Source: Squalus acanthias
Lineage: Eukaryota
Assembly (NCBI GenBank): GCA_030390025.1
Contig: CM059437.1
Span: forward strand, 54,436,001 to 54,500,000
Reading direction: 5' to 3'
DNA: 64,000 nucleotides
Both the position numbers and the translations under genes were made by a program. A model generated the notes under the pieces. That model searched no databases, was not told the origin of the DNA, and was given only the letters and a program-made list of their open reading frames with translations. Shown piece after piece: positions 23,555 to 34,943 of the stretch. The stretch's first letter is position 1. Each line of letters begins with the position of its first letter.

Positions 23555-24420
23555 TAATAGAATCATACAGCACAGAAGGAGGTGTTTCGGCCCATCATGA
23601 CTATGACAGCTCTTTCAAAGAGCTATCGAATTAGTATCTCTCCCTTGTTCTTTCCCCACAGCCCTGCAATGTTTTTCCTTTTGAAGAATATACAAATTCC
23701 CTTTGGAAAGTTTTTATTAAATCTGCTTCCACTGCACTTGCAGGTAATGCATTCCAGACAACGACAAGTAGCAGTGCAAAACAAACTCTCCTCATCTCGC
23801 ACCCTCCCCTGGATTGTTTGCCAATTATCTTAAATCTGTGACATTCTGGTTACCGACCCTCTTGCCAGTGGAAACAGTTTCTCCCTATCTAGTCTAGCAA
23901 AACCCATTCACAATTTTGAACATCTCTATTAAATCTTCCCTCAACCTTCTTTGATCTAACGAGAAAAATCCCAGCTTCCCTAGTCTCTCCGCATAGCTGA
24001 ATTCTCCCATCCCTGATAGCATTCTGGTAAATCTCCTTTGCATTCTCTCCAAGACCTTGATATTCCTTCCAAAGAGTGGTGCCTAGAATTGGAAACAATA
24101 CTTTAGCTGAGGTCGAACCAGTGTTTTACCATCATTTCCTAGCTTTTGTATTCTATGCCACTATTTATATGTTTTTTTAACAGCTTTAGCAACTTGTCCT
24201 GTCACCTACAAAGATTTGTGTATGTAAACCACCAGGTCTCATTGTTCCAGCACCCCCTTTACAATTGTACCATTTAGTTTATACTGTCCCTCCTTATATT
24301 ATTTCCAAAATGCATCACTTCACACTGCTCTGCATTAAATTTCATCTGTCATGCATCTTCCCATTTCACCAGTCAGTCTATTTCCTCGTGACGTCTGCTA
24401 CTGTCCTCCACATTCTTTAT
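23555..24420 (-). mobile_element. CR1 3' fragment (paralog near 51335-52200)
   Basis: tagaatcatacagcacagaagg tail and CR1 C-terminal homology. Confidence 0.7.
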
Positions 24421-24532
24421 TACATTTCCACGCATTGTGTACTTCCATAAATATAAGCATTGGGCCAAAAATTGCAGTCAATGGCATACCTCCGGAGGTA
24501 CGCCCCCGACCGACGAAAAGAATACGCACCTA

Positions 24533-27018
24533 CCAAGAAAAAATGGAGGCTTGTAAGAAAGGTACTGCAATAATCATGGGCGATTTTAATCATCATATAG
24601 ATTGGACAATTCAAATTGGCAAGGGTAGCCTTGAGGACGAGTTCATAGAGTGTATTCGGGATGGTTCCTTAGAGCAATACATTGAGGAGCCAACCAGGGA
24701 GCAGGCTATTTTAGATCTGGTAATGTGTAATGAGACAGGATTAATTAATGATCTCATAGTAAAGGATCCCCGAGGAAAGAGTGATCATAGCATGGTAGAA
24801 TTTCAAAAAATTCAGTTTGAGGGTGAGAAACTTGGGTCTGAAACTAGTGTCCTAAACTTAAATAAAGGCAATTACAACGGTAAGAGGACAGAGTTGACTA
24901 AAATGGACTGGGAAAATAGATTAAACAGTAAGACGGTAGATCAGCAGTGGCAGACATTTAAGGAGATATTTCATAAATCTCAGCAAAGGTATATTTCAGT
25001 GAGAAAGAAAGGCTCTACGAGAAGGATGCACCATCCACGGCTAACTAAGGGAGTTAAGGATGGTATCAAATTGAAAGAAAAGGCATACAATGTTGCGAAG
25101 ATTAGTGGTAGGCCAGAGGATTGGGAAATCTTTAGAAACCAGCAAAGGATGACTAAAAAAATTATAAAGAGGGAGAAGATAGAGTATGAGAGCAAAGTAG
25201 CAAATAATATAAAAACAGACAGTATCAGCTTCCACAGGTATATAAAAAGGAAGAGAGTAGCTAAAGTAAACGTTGGTCCCGTAGAGGATGAGACTGGGGA
25301 ATTAATAATGGGAAATAGAGAAATGGCAGACTGTAAACAATTATTTTGGATCGGTCTTCATGGTAGAAGACACTAAAAATATCCCAATAATAATAGATAA
25401 TCAAGGGGTTATAGGGAGGGAGGAACTTCAAACAATCTCTATCACTAGAGAAGAAGTACCAGGCAAACTAATGGGGCTAAAGGCTGACACGTCCCCTGGA
25501 CCTGGTGGCCTGCATCCCAGGGTCTTAAAAGAAGTGGCTGCAGTGATAGTGGATGCGTTGGTTGTAATCTAACAAAACTATTCAAGAAAGGAGGGAGACA
25601 GAAAGTAGGAAACAATAGGTCAGTTACCCTAACATCTGTCATTGGGAAAATGCTGGAATCCATTATTAAGGAGGTAATAGCAGGACATTTAGAAAATCAT
25701 AAGACAATCAAGCAGAGTCAACATGGTTTAATGAAAGGGAAATCATGTTTGACAAATTTGCTAGAGGTCTTTGAGGATGTAACAAACAGGGTGGATAAAG
25801 GGGAACCAGTAGATGTAGTGTCTTTGGATTTCCAGAAGGCATTCGATAAGGTGCTACATAAAAGGTTACTGCACAAGATAAGAGCGCATGGGGTTCGGGG
25901 TAATATATTAGCATGGATAGGGAATTGGCTAACTAAAAGAAAACAGAGAGTCGGGATAAATGGGTCATTTTCCGGTTGGCAATCAGTAACTAGTGGGATG
26001 CCACAGTGATCAGTGCTGGGGCCTCAACTATTTACAATCTGTATTAATGACTTGGAGGAAGGGACCGATGTACAGTAGCCAAATTTGCTGATGATACAAA
26101 GATAGGTGGGTTAGCAAGTTGTGAGGAGGACACAGGGAGTCTGCAAAGCGATATCGATAGTTTAAGTGAGTGGGCAAAAATTTGGCAGATGGAATATAAC
26201 GTGGGAAAATGTGAGGTTATCCACTTTGGAAGGAAGATTGAAAAGGCAAATTATTATTTAAATGGAGTGAGACTGCAAAATGCTGCGGTACAAAGGGATC
26301 TGGGGTCCTAGTACATGAAACACAAAAAGTTAGCATGCAGGTACAGCAATTAATTAGGAAGGATAATGGAATGTTGGCCTTTATTGCAAGGGGTATGGAG
26401 TATAAAAATAGGGAAGTTTTGATGCAACTTTACAGGGCGCTGGTGAGACTGCACCTGGAGTACTGTGTACAGATTTGGTCTCCATATTTAAGGGAGGATA
26501 TACTTGCATTGGAGGCAGTTCAGAGAAGGTTCATTAGGTTGATTCCTGGAATGGAAGGGTTGTCTTATGAGAAATGTTGAGCAGGTTTGGCCTATACTCA
26601 TTGGAGTTTAGAAGAATGAGAGGTGATCTTATTGAAGCCTATAAGATTCTGAGGGGGGTTGACAGGGTGGATGCTGAGAGGAAGTTTCCCCTGGTGGGAG
26701 TATCTAGAATTAGGGGGCATAGTTTCAGAATAAGGGGTCACCCATTTAAGACGGAAATGAGGAGGAATTTCTTCTCTCAGAGGGTCGTGAATCTTTGAAA
26801 TTCTCTACACCAGAGAGCTGTGGAAGCTGAGTCATTGAATGTATTCAAGGTGGAGATTGACAGATATTTGAACTACAAGGGTGTCAAGGGGTATGGGGAG
26901 AGAGCGTAAAAGTGGTGTTCAGGCCAAGATTGGATCAGCCATGATCTGATTGAATGGCGGAGCAGGCTCGAGGGGCCGATTGATCTACTTCTGCTGCTGT
27001 TTCTTATGTTCTTATGTT
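24533..27018 (+). mobile_element. 5'-truncated CR1 LINE ORF2 (EN-RT), disrupted
   Basis: [50 protein letters not shown], and a (ttcttatg)n tail at 27001-27018. Confidence 0.92.
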
Positions 27019-27104
27019 CAACCTGATGGCGGCCCTCCTGCGTAAACTTGCGCACTGACGCTACGAGTAGGAGGGCAGCGTAATGGCTCACGGATCCCAG
27101 GGGC

Positions 27105-27355
27105 ATGAGAACATAAGAAATAGGAGCGGGAGCAGGCCATTCGGCCCCTCGAGCCTGCCCCGACATTTAATGAGATCATGGCTGAACCACTTTTGGCCTC
27201 AAATCCACTTTCCTGCCCGCTCCATATAACCCTTGATTCCCCTGTTGTTCAAAAATCTGTCGATCTCAGCCTGGAATATATTCAATGACTCAGCTTCCAC
27301 AGGTCTCTGGGGTAAAGAATTCCAAAGATTCACGACCCTCTGAGAGAAGAAATTC
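27105..27355 (-). mobile_element. Short CR1 3' end (paralog near 54932-55182)
   Basis: gaacataagaaatagg tail and NFFSQRVVNLWNSLP. Confidence 0.8.
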
Positions 27356-29064
27356 AGCCTGTGCGAAAGCAGCCTGTGCGGAAGCGCACCTGGGATCATG
27401 TGGGCTTGGTCCTCCAATCAGAAAACAGATTGTCTTTCATTCATTTAAATTACTGCATCACTTCATTACAACAGCCTTTAAAATATCGACAGATTTAGCT
27501 TCTTATCGTTAGCATCCCATTCATTACTCATAATTCGCACTTCTAAACATACACTGTGCACGGTGCAGAAATTTATGACATGTAAACGTTATTTTTTTTA
27601 AAGAAACCTGCAGCTTTAACATACACTAGGATTGTTTTGCATTGATGTTGCATGTCATTTAATTTAAAAAAATAGTTTTTTTTATTTCGGGCTTCCATTT
27701 ACGCTCTGGAAACAGGCCCTGCGCCTGTTTCCACCAACCGTAAAATTTCCGTAAGTAATTGCTGGGCAGTTGCTGGGCAAACAGCCCAACTCTGCACCAG
27801 CAATTACGTTTCGGTGACGGAGAGGATGGCCCCTCAAAGCACGCAAGATCATGTGGAAATCCCGAATTTGCGGTGGATTTCAAAGGCAGTATGACGGTGT
27901 ACTCTAAGAGTACGCCGTCCTACCCATCGCAAAATCCGGGCCATTACACATCAATCTACAAAGCCTGAATCGTCATGGAGGATAGCATCTAGCCTACAAT
28001 ACATCAGCCTCTCGTTAGTTAAATAGAATATCGATACGACAGAACAACGTCAAACATTACAGGTTACACACTTGCGTGTGAATGGAATCGATGAGCGAAG
28101 GGAAGTTCTTAGAATGTATTCTGAAAAGTACAACCGGTGCAATTGCGCGAGATACCAGGATGGAATTTAATAACTGCCTTCATAGTATAATAATATAACA
28201 CTACAGCTGCCCTAAACAGACTGAGATCTCAAAATGCCGTAAGTAATAACATGGAATGACGTTATTAACACTCCAGCACACAATAAACAACTGCTAATAC
28301 ATAATGACAGCGTCCTAATTTTTAATATCCAGAAATTGGCAATTGCAATGAGGCCCAGCAATATATCTGTTGAGAAATTACACAGAATATAAAGCACAGA
28401 AACAGACCAGTCGGCCCAAACAGTCGATGCCGGCGATCCTGCTCCCCTCGAACCTGCTCCCATCCTTCCTCATCTAACTTTATCTGCATAACCCTCTATT
28501 CCCTGGTCCCGCATATGCTTATCTAGCTTCCCCTTAAAAGCGTCTATACTCTTCGTGGGTCCTCAGCTATGAAAAATAGTGGGGATTGCGGTTTCGACAA
28601 GTGTATTGGGCATGGACGTGCTAGATTCTGTACCTATGTCCACCACTTCCTTCTGTGAAGATGTTTATAATAGGATTAGGGGCCTGAATAATCATATGCT
28701 TGACATCAATGATGTTCTGCACACTGCAGAATCCAGACAGTGAGGAAGAGTTCACGACATTTTTCATACAGCTGCCTAGTTTCCATGCGGGGTATTGATA
28801 AATGAATTGTGCTAGACAACTAAGTGGTTTGAATCTTGCATGTTGTGAGCTGCAAGTTGGGCGATTTTTCATATATCTCTTGTTGCAGCTTGAAAGGACT
28901 CAGGAGTATAATTACGTACGGCAGAGGGCACCTTTGATTTAACCGTTACTATCCTGGATCAGTTTCTACATTTGGCTTCAGGGTGTTGCAAAGTTCCCTT
29001 GTGGCCTTTTTAGGGAATAATAAACTTCACTTTCAACATTCTTGTAACATAATTAGCAATGACC

Positions 29065-29497
29065 TGTGCTCGCTGACGTATATTGGCTCCCGGTTAAGCA
29101 ACGCCTCGATTTCAAAATTCGCTTTCAAATTATGGCCTTGCCGCTCCCTATCTCTGTAATCTTCTTCAGCCCCACAACCCCCCGAGATATATGTGCTCCT
29201 CTAATTCTGCCCTGTTGAGCATCCCTGATTATAATCGCTCAACCTTTGGTGGCTGTGCCTTCTGTTGCCTAGGCCCTAAGCTCTGGAATTCCCTGCCGAA
29301 ACCTCTCCGCCTCGCTACCTCTCTTTCCTCCTTTAAGACGCTCCTTAAAACCTACCTCTGTGACCAAGCATTTTCTCACCTGCCCTAATTTCTCCTTTTG
29401 TGGTCAAAACATGTTGTCTTTTAATACCCCTGTGAAGCGCCTTGGGATGTTTTAGTAGGTTAAAGGCGCTATATAAATACAAGTTGTTGTTGTTGTT
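29065..29497 (+). mobile_element. L2-clade LINE 3' end (paralog near 56897-57350)
   Basis: LWNSLPKPLRL..FKTLLKTYL and a (gtt)n tail. Confidence 0.75.
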
Positions 29498-29744
29498 GAT
29501 TGTCTCTGCCTCTATACTGGACCAGGTCCTGTTAGATGGCCGCAGGTGCCAGTACACTGTATTTCATGCCTCATTAGAGAAGGGAAGTTATCATAATTAC
29601 ACTATATAACATGACAGCTCCACGGCTCTATCAATATTTCAGAGTATCTACACGTTCGGGCTACTGTTAAAATGTATTCGTAGGTAAAATATTTTCATGA
29701 GTAGTACGAGATAAAATAATAATATATGGGCAAGACACTGAATA

Positions 29745-29937
29745 TGTGTGCATGCCTGTTTTGCTGGGGGTGCGGTGGCGCTTTGTGTGAGGTGGGGTGC
29801 GTGTGCTGGGGCGGGGTTGAGTGTGGGAGTGTGTGTGGGAGAGGGAGTATGTGGGGTGGAGTGTGTGGGTGTGTGTGTGGGGGTTGGGGGCTGTGTAGGG
29901 GGTGGGTGCGTGGGTGGCGTGGGCATGTCAGTGTGTG
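29745..29937. repeat. G/T-rich degenerate (GT)n/(GGGT)n simple repeat about 1.2 kb upstream of the cluster B leader (paralog near 57598-57780)
   Basis: Visible low-complexity run with many GGG tracts. Confidence 0.85.
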
Positions 29938-30930
29938 GATGACGGGATGTCCATTCAACCCAGCTGCCCTGGGTATCGAACAGCGAAAGGGTGAGGAAAT
30001 AAAATATTCAACAGTTGCAACATGATTAAGAAATGTTATCGTGAACGTTTGTGCAGTTCACTGATGAAATAATTTAATGTTTGGATAATGAAAGATTCGC
30101 TTCCATTTGGATCTGTTTCCTACATCACAGAAAGAGCAGCAGCGTAAAAGGCGCAATTAAATGCCCATCTCTGGTTAAATGCTCTAAATAGCAACGACTG
30201 ACATCGATATCATTCTTTGTGCCCAATGTAAAAGAAACCTGTTGGCTCACATAGTTCACGCTCTTCTGCTGCAATGAAGCAAGTTAATCCTCAATGCGCC
30301 TCTACAGTATGTACCAGTTTACGCTCCCAGACCATCGCCTGCCGTAGCGCGGGTAGTACAATCTACCTTCTGGGCGATTCCAAGGTCTCTATAATGAACG
30401 ATAATATTGATGCCATTCTCTCTCTAAAAAAACACTCCCTTTTAAAACATGGAATTAAAAGCTGCAGTTTTTAAAGTTATTTGGGGGAGAATTCGTTTGC
30501 AGAACATTATCATCAAGTATTGTTTATTGACTTGCTGGATTTAAAAATGAGTTCTTCGTGGGCGATGAATGTTAAAAATGGAATCGAAGGCTTGTGTTCA
30601 TAGAAGAATAAGGAGATGTGCGATATGCCGCATTCTCTGCTCGCAGCCTCCAGTTGTCTTAATGCAGGGGTTGAATCACTGTAGCTTGATAAGTCTTTCG
30701 ATTGAACAATAATCAATTCTTCAAAGACGCATTAGGTCAAATTGCAATGGGTCATCATTTTAACAGATTTTTAATAGTGTAATGTCTCTGTTAAATAGCA
30801 GCCAATGGAATTTCATGTGAACTCATTCAGCGTCCCCATGCTAAGAGACAAAAGGTGATTTCACCTCAACTGTTCCTGCATGTCGTGACCGAGTGGAGTA
30901 TTTAAAAATATATTGACTAAAATTCACTTT

Positions 30931-30997
30931 ATGCAAACGTCAATCAGATCAATTCCAAGGATCCAATGAACGGCCGCGACGTGACAGAAATTTGCAT
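30931..30997 (+). promoter_or_regulatory. IgL promoter of cluster B (octamer)
   Basis: Light-chain-orientation octamer ATTTGCAT at 30990-30997, 128 bp upstream of the ATG. Also a one-mismatch inverted octamer ATGCAAAC (30931-30938), CCAAT (30963-30967) and GACGTGAC. Confidence 0.8.
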
Positions 30998-31124
30998 ATA
31001 TCTTACATGCGACGTGATAGCCCCCTGTGTAAATGCTTTTAAGGAGAAGTTTAGAATGTGCTGGATTATTAGGTTCTTGCAGTGAAACATTTTTTTCTGA
31101 CATTGATTTAATAAAATCTGCAAA

Positions 31125-31173
31125 ATGAGTGAGTGGCTTCGTGTTCTCGCCGCCCTGATGTTCTGTTTTCAAT
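31125..31173 (+). CDS. IgL leader exon, cluster B
   Basis: ATG..MSEWLRVLAALMFCFQ + T|GTAAGT. A 149-nt intron runs to the AG at 31321-31322. Confidence 0.9.
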
Positions 31174-31322
31174 GTAAGTAGAGGGCTGTAAAAGTCTTCA
31201 GTATTCCTGCTCTTTGTATTACGCTGATCGAGTGCTGTTCTTGAGCTTCACCGGTCTGATTTGCAATTATTTTCCACGATTTTACTGAATGTCACTTGTC
31301 AATAACTTTTTTATTTCTCCAG

Positions 31323-31673
31323 GTACCAACGCGGGCATTGTGCTGACTCAGCCACCGTCCATCGCAACTTCACTGGGAAAAACCGTAAAAATCACTTGCA
31401 CCATGTCCGGAGGCAGCATGGGCAGCTACTACACGAGCTGGTACTGGCAGAAACCCGGCAGTGCCCCTACCTTTGTTTGGAGGGACTATGATTCGAGCAG
31501 AGGTTCGGGGATTCCTGATCGATTCACTGGATCCAGGGACACGGCGAGCAACGTCATGCATTTAACCATCAGCAATTTACAATCCGGGGATGCCGCTGAT
31601 TATTACTGTGGTGCCTGGGGTGACAGTCCTGCTGTATTCACTTTCGGGAAAGGAACTGAACTGAATCTGGGCA
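31323..31673 (+). CDS. IGLV: Germline-joined VJ exon, lambda/type II light chain, cluster B
   Basis: CTNA-GIVLTQPPS..KITC..WYWQKPG..YYCGAWGDSPAVFTFGKGTELNLG, then A|GTAAGT. V and J (FGxG) are contiguous with no RSS. Confidence 0.95.
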
Positions 31674-34654
31674 GTAAGTACATTTTTCGCTCTGTACGTC
31701 GGGGATTCGTAAAGTGTGAGTTTTCAAATGTTGATTTAATCCGGTTGTAGTGAAAATGCTTTCGAACATACATTTATAATTCTCCGATTACCTCTTGGTG
31801 TCTAGAGGGAGATGTGTTTCTATTCTGTTTGTTAAATGCTCATGAAACTGTCGCACAACAATTGCAATGTTATGGATGAAGTTCCAAATAATTATTTATA
31901 AGTGGGTTGAATTCAGCCTGCACCAGTGTAATTATAATTTATTGGTGATTTGAAACATATTCGTAAAGTATTGGTCAATCTGCATGATACGGCATTAAAA
32001 CATATCTGGATACTTGTGACTGCCATATATTGTCCTCGCGCTGTGCTTCGTACCTCGCGTAGAGCTAAAAAAAAACTATAACGTGAAATATTTTATAATT
32101 CCCCGACACGGTGCTATTAAATAGTCCAATCAGAGATTGGGAGCGTGTGTCATTCGTGCGACATTCGCAGTATTGTATTTCATGTTAGTCATAATTTCAC
32201 TAATAAGTAACAGATAATTATAAATCATAGTGATTGGGTTAGACATTTTAATATAAGTTACAGATTTTAAGAAGTTGATGTTCTTTTTTGAAGACAGGGA
32301 TATTGAGGTTATCAGAGATAAAATGTGATTAGAAGTTTGTTGCCTTTGGAAAGACATTATGGTTGGAGACGGTCATATGCTGTCTTGTATAGTTCTTAAT
32401 TTTTAAGGGAACTGGGTAATATTGACTGGAGAGATTAGCTTAATTAGGTCAAATGATGCGTCCTGGGTAACTATGATCTCCTGGAGCTTGCTTGATCCCC
32501 TTCAAGAGTTTCAGAGAAATTTCCCAGAGCATTCACGGAATTGGCCACATGTATTTCGCTGTTTTGGCTCCCCAGAAGATGACAGTACGGGAGGGTGCAC
32601 GAATGGATATCCTCAGCAACTTAGGGTCTGAAACTCCTTTTCCATCGCTCTATTCGTAAATTTGAAGCATTGTAATAAACACCAGTGTTTGATCCCGCGC
32701 AGATATTATAATCACTGACAAACTCATTACCTTCGAATCCGATTAATTTTGTATGAATAGAACCGCGGGATCAGCATTTGAATTTGTATTTAATTCTGTC
32801 AGTAAAAAAAGTATAACCCTACAGGTAATCCGAGAGACTGAAACGGCATTTTTATTGGGAAATTTAGCTACAGGCTGTAGAAAAGGCGCTGCGTTGTATT
32901 ATAAATTGTTCCATTCATCCTACATCTGATGCAAGTTAAATTTCAAAAGCAATTTAACAGTGTAGGAGATTACACTTTCAAACTATTTACACGTCTGGCG
33001 GTTGTCTTGTCTCAGTTGGTAACTTTCTCACGTCTGGATCAGAACGTTTTAGATTTAAGCCCCTTTTCCAGGCGTTACATCGGAACACTAGGGAGCCCCT
33101 TGCGCTTGTTCCACCATTCCATTGGATCATGGCTGATATGTACCTCAACTCCATCTATCTGCCTTTGCTCCCTATCCCTTGATACCCTTAGCCTACAACA
33201 ATCTATCGATCTCAGTCCTGAAGATCTCATTTAACCCAACAGCCTCAACCTTTTTGGGGCAGGGAATTTCAGATTTCCACCACCCTTTGTGTGAAAGAGT
33301 GCTTCCTGGTTTCACTCCTTAATGCCCTAGCTTTAATTTTAAGTCCTTGGCATTTTGTTCTGGATTCCCCCACCAGAGGAAATAGAGATATGGAGGGAGT
33401 GCGGCATTGAAGGAAATGCCTTCCTTTGTATAACGCCATTAAGAGGAGTTCCACATTTCTGTTCAAGGGGACGTTCACGATCCCGTTGCATTATTCGAGG
33501 AACAGCAGAAAATCGCAGCCCATACCCCAACCCCCGCCTCAAGCACTGCCTCAAAAGAAAGGGATTTGTGTCTGTAGCTTCTTGCTTTGTTTAAGTTTGC
33601 TATCACTGCGCTTCAAAGTAATATAAGTGAAAGCTGATGTGGTGCTATATAGTGCTACTCGTTATTCTTTGTATATTAACATAAACAAGTAGAAGCAGCT
33701 GATCTTTCTGCAGCAGATGGTTCCTCGTCTGACTGGGCAGCTAAAAGCCGAAATACTGGGTAGCGATTACATCAAACAGCGTCTCAAGCGTGACTCTGCC
33801 AGGTGCAATTGTAGCCCCAGCATTCAAATTATAACCGACTGAAAAGACTGAACAGACTGGGGCCCTGAATCATTGAACATGCTGGGCGGTGACTGAATAG
33901 AGATCTTTAAATTTATGAAAGGTTTTGATCCTGTAGACGTAGGAAAAATGTTTCCACTTGAGGGGTAGTCCAAAACCAGGGGTCATCAATTGTAATTGTC
34001 ACTAATAAATCCAAAAAGTATCCAGGAGAAACTTCTTTGCCCAGAGACTGGTTAGAATGTGGAACTTGCTACCACATGGAGCAGTTGAGGCGAAATGCTG
34101 AAATGCCTTTAAGGGGAAGCTCGATAAGTACATGAGGGAAAAAGGGATCGAAGGATATGCAGACAGTGTTAGATGAAGTAGGGTGGGAGGGGACTCGTGT
34201 GGAGCATGAACACCGGCACAGACCAGTTGGCCGAATGGCCTGTTTCAATGCTGGATATTCTATGTAATTTCATGTAATAATCCAATAAAGGATGGCGCGG
34301 TTGAGCTTTATTATTCTTCCATCGTAATATTCTTAATAAGTTTGGACTACAGTTTTAAAAAAGAAAAACTATGACCTGCAGGTTTAATCCAAATAAGAGT
34401 GGATATTCTTTCAGTTTTAATTTTTTTCTCGATGCACGGAGCTCTCGCATTTTCTTCAAATCGTTATATAGTTTTCTCGATCAACGGACACTATGTGATC
34501 AGTTAAAGAACATTATTAATCTCTCATTGTAACATTCTTAAGCTTGTAAAGTGGTACCAAGTTAAAAACGTTGAAAAAGTAAAACGTTGAATTTCGACTT
34601 TTGACATCCAATTCAGAGTGGATCTTCACAGGTTGTTTCTACTTTTCTTTGTAG

Positions 34655-34943
34655 ATCATCGGATCAAATCGCAGCAAAGACCACGGCGACCCTGGTGTGT
34701 TTGGTGAACGGCTTTAACCCGGGCGCTGTGGAGATTGAGTGGACTGTAGATGGCAGTGTCAGAGGGAATGGTGTTGAGACCAGTCGGATCCAGCAGGAGA
34801 CGGACAACACGTTCAGTGTGAGCAGTTATCTGACTCTGCCAGCCTCAGAGTGGAACTCACACGAGCTTTACTCCTGCGTGGTTAAACACGAGGCGCAGTC
34901 AAACCCGCTTCAAACAAGTATCGCCAGATCGAGTTGTATCTGA
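34655..34943 (+). pseudogene. IGLC: IgL C exon of cluster B with a 34-nt frameshifting deletion
   Basis: gtag|ATC-ATCGG versus ATC-(34 nt)-ATCGG in clusters A and C. The spliced frame reads NHRIKSQQRPRRPWCVW* with the stop at 34705-34707. Confidence 0.85.

Larger units (their letters stand above)
24462..27942. mobile_element. Harbinger-like MITE split by two nested CR1 insertions (paralog 52235-55763)
   Basis: Imperfect TIRs GGGCCAAAAATTGC / GCAAAATCCGGGCC. TSD ATT (24459-24461, 27943-27945). Confidence 0.6.

Noticed and set aside
29648-30025. Pro/His/Thr-rich and Gly/Val/Cys-rich ORFs
   Set aside because: Translations of the GT-rich simple repeat.
31604-31610. TACTGTG cryptic heptamer at the V 3' end
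   Set aside because: Forced by the Tyr-Cys-Gly codons. No RSS-bearing donor segments are present in the window.
31289-31750. 153-aa ORF as a single-exon V protein
   Set aside because: Both ends are intronic. The true leader exon is at 31125-31173 and a consensus donor follows J at 31674.
32107-32134. CACGGTG heptamer-like motif in the J-C intron (also 60004-60010), a possible deleting-element RSS
   Set aside because: One mismatch and no credible nonamer at 12- or 23-bp spacing. Expected by chance.
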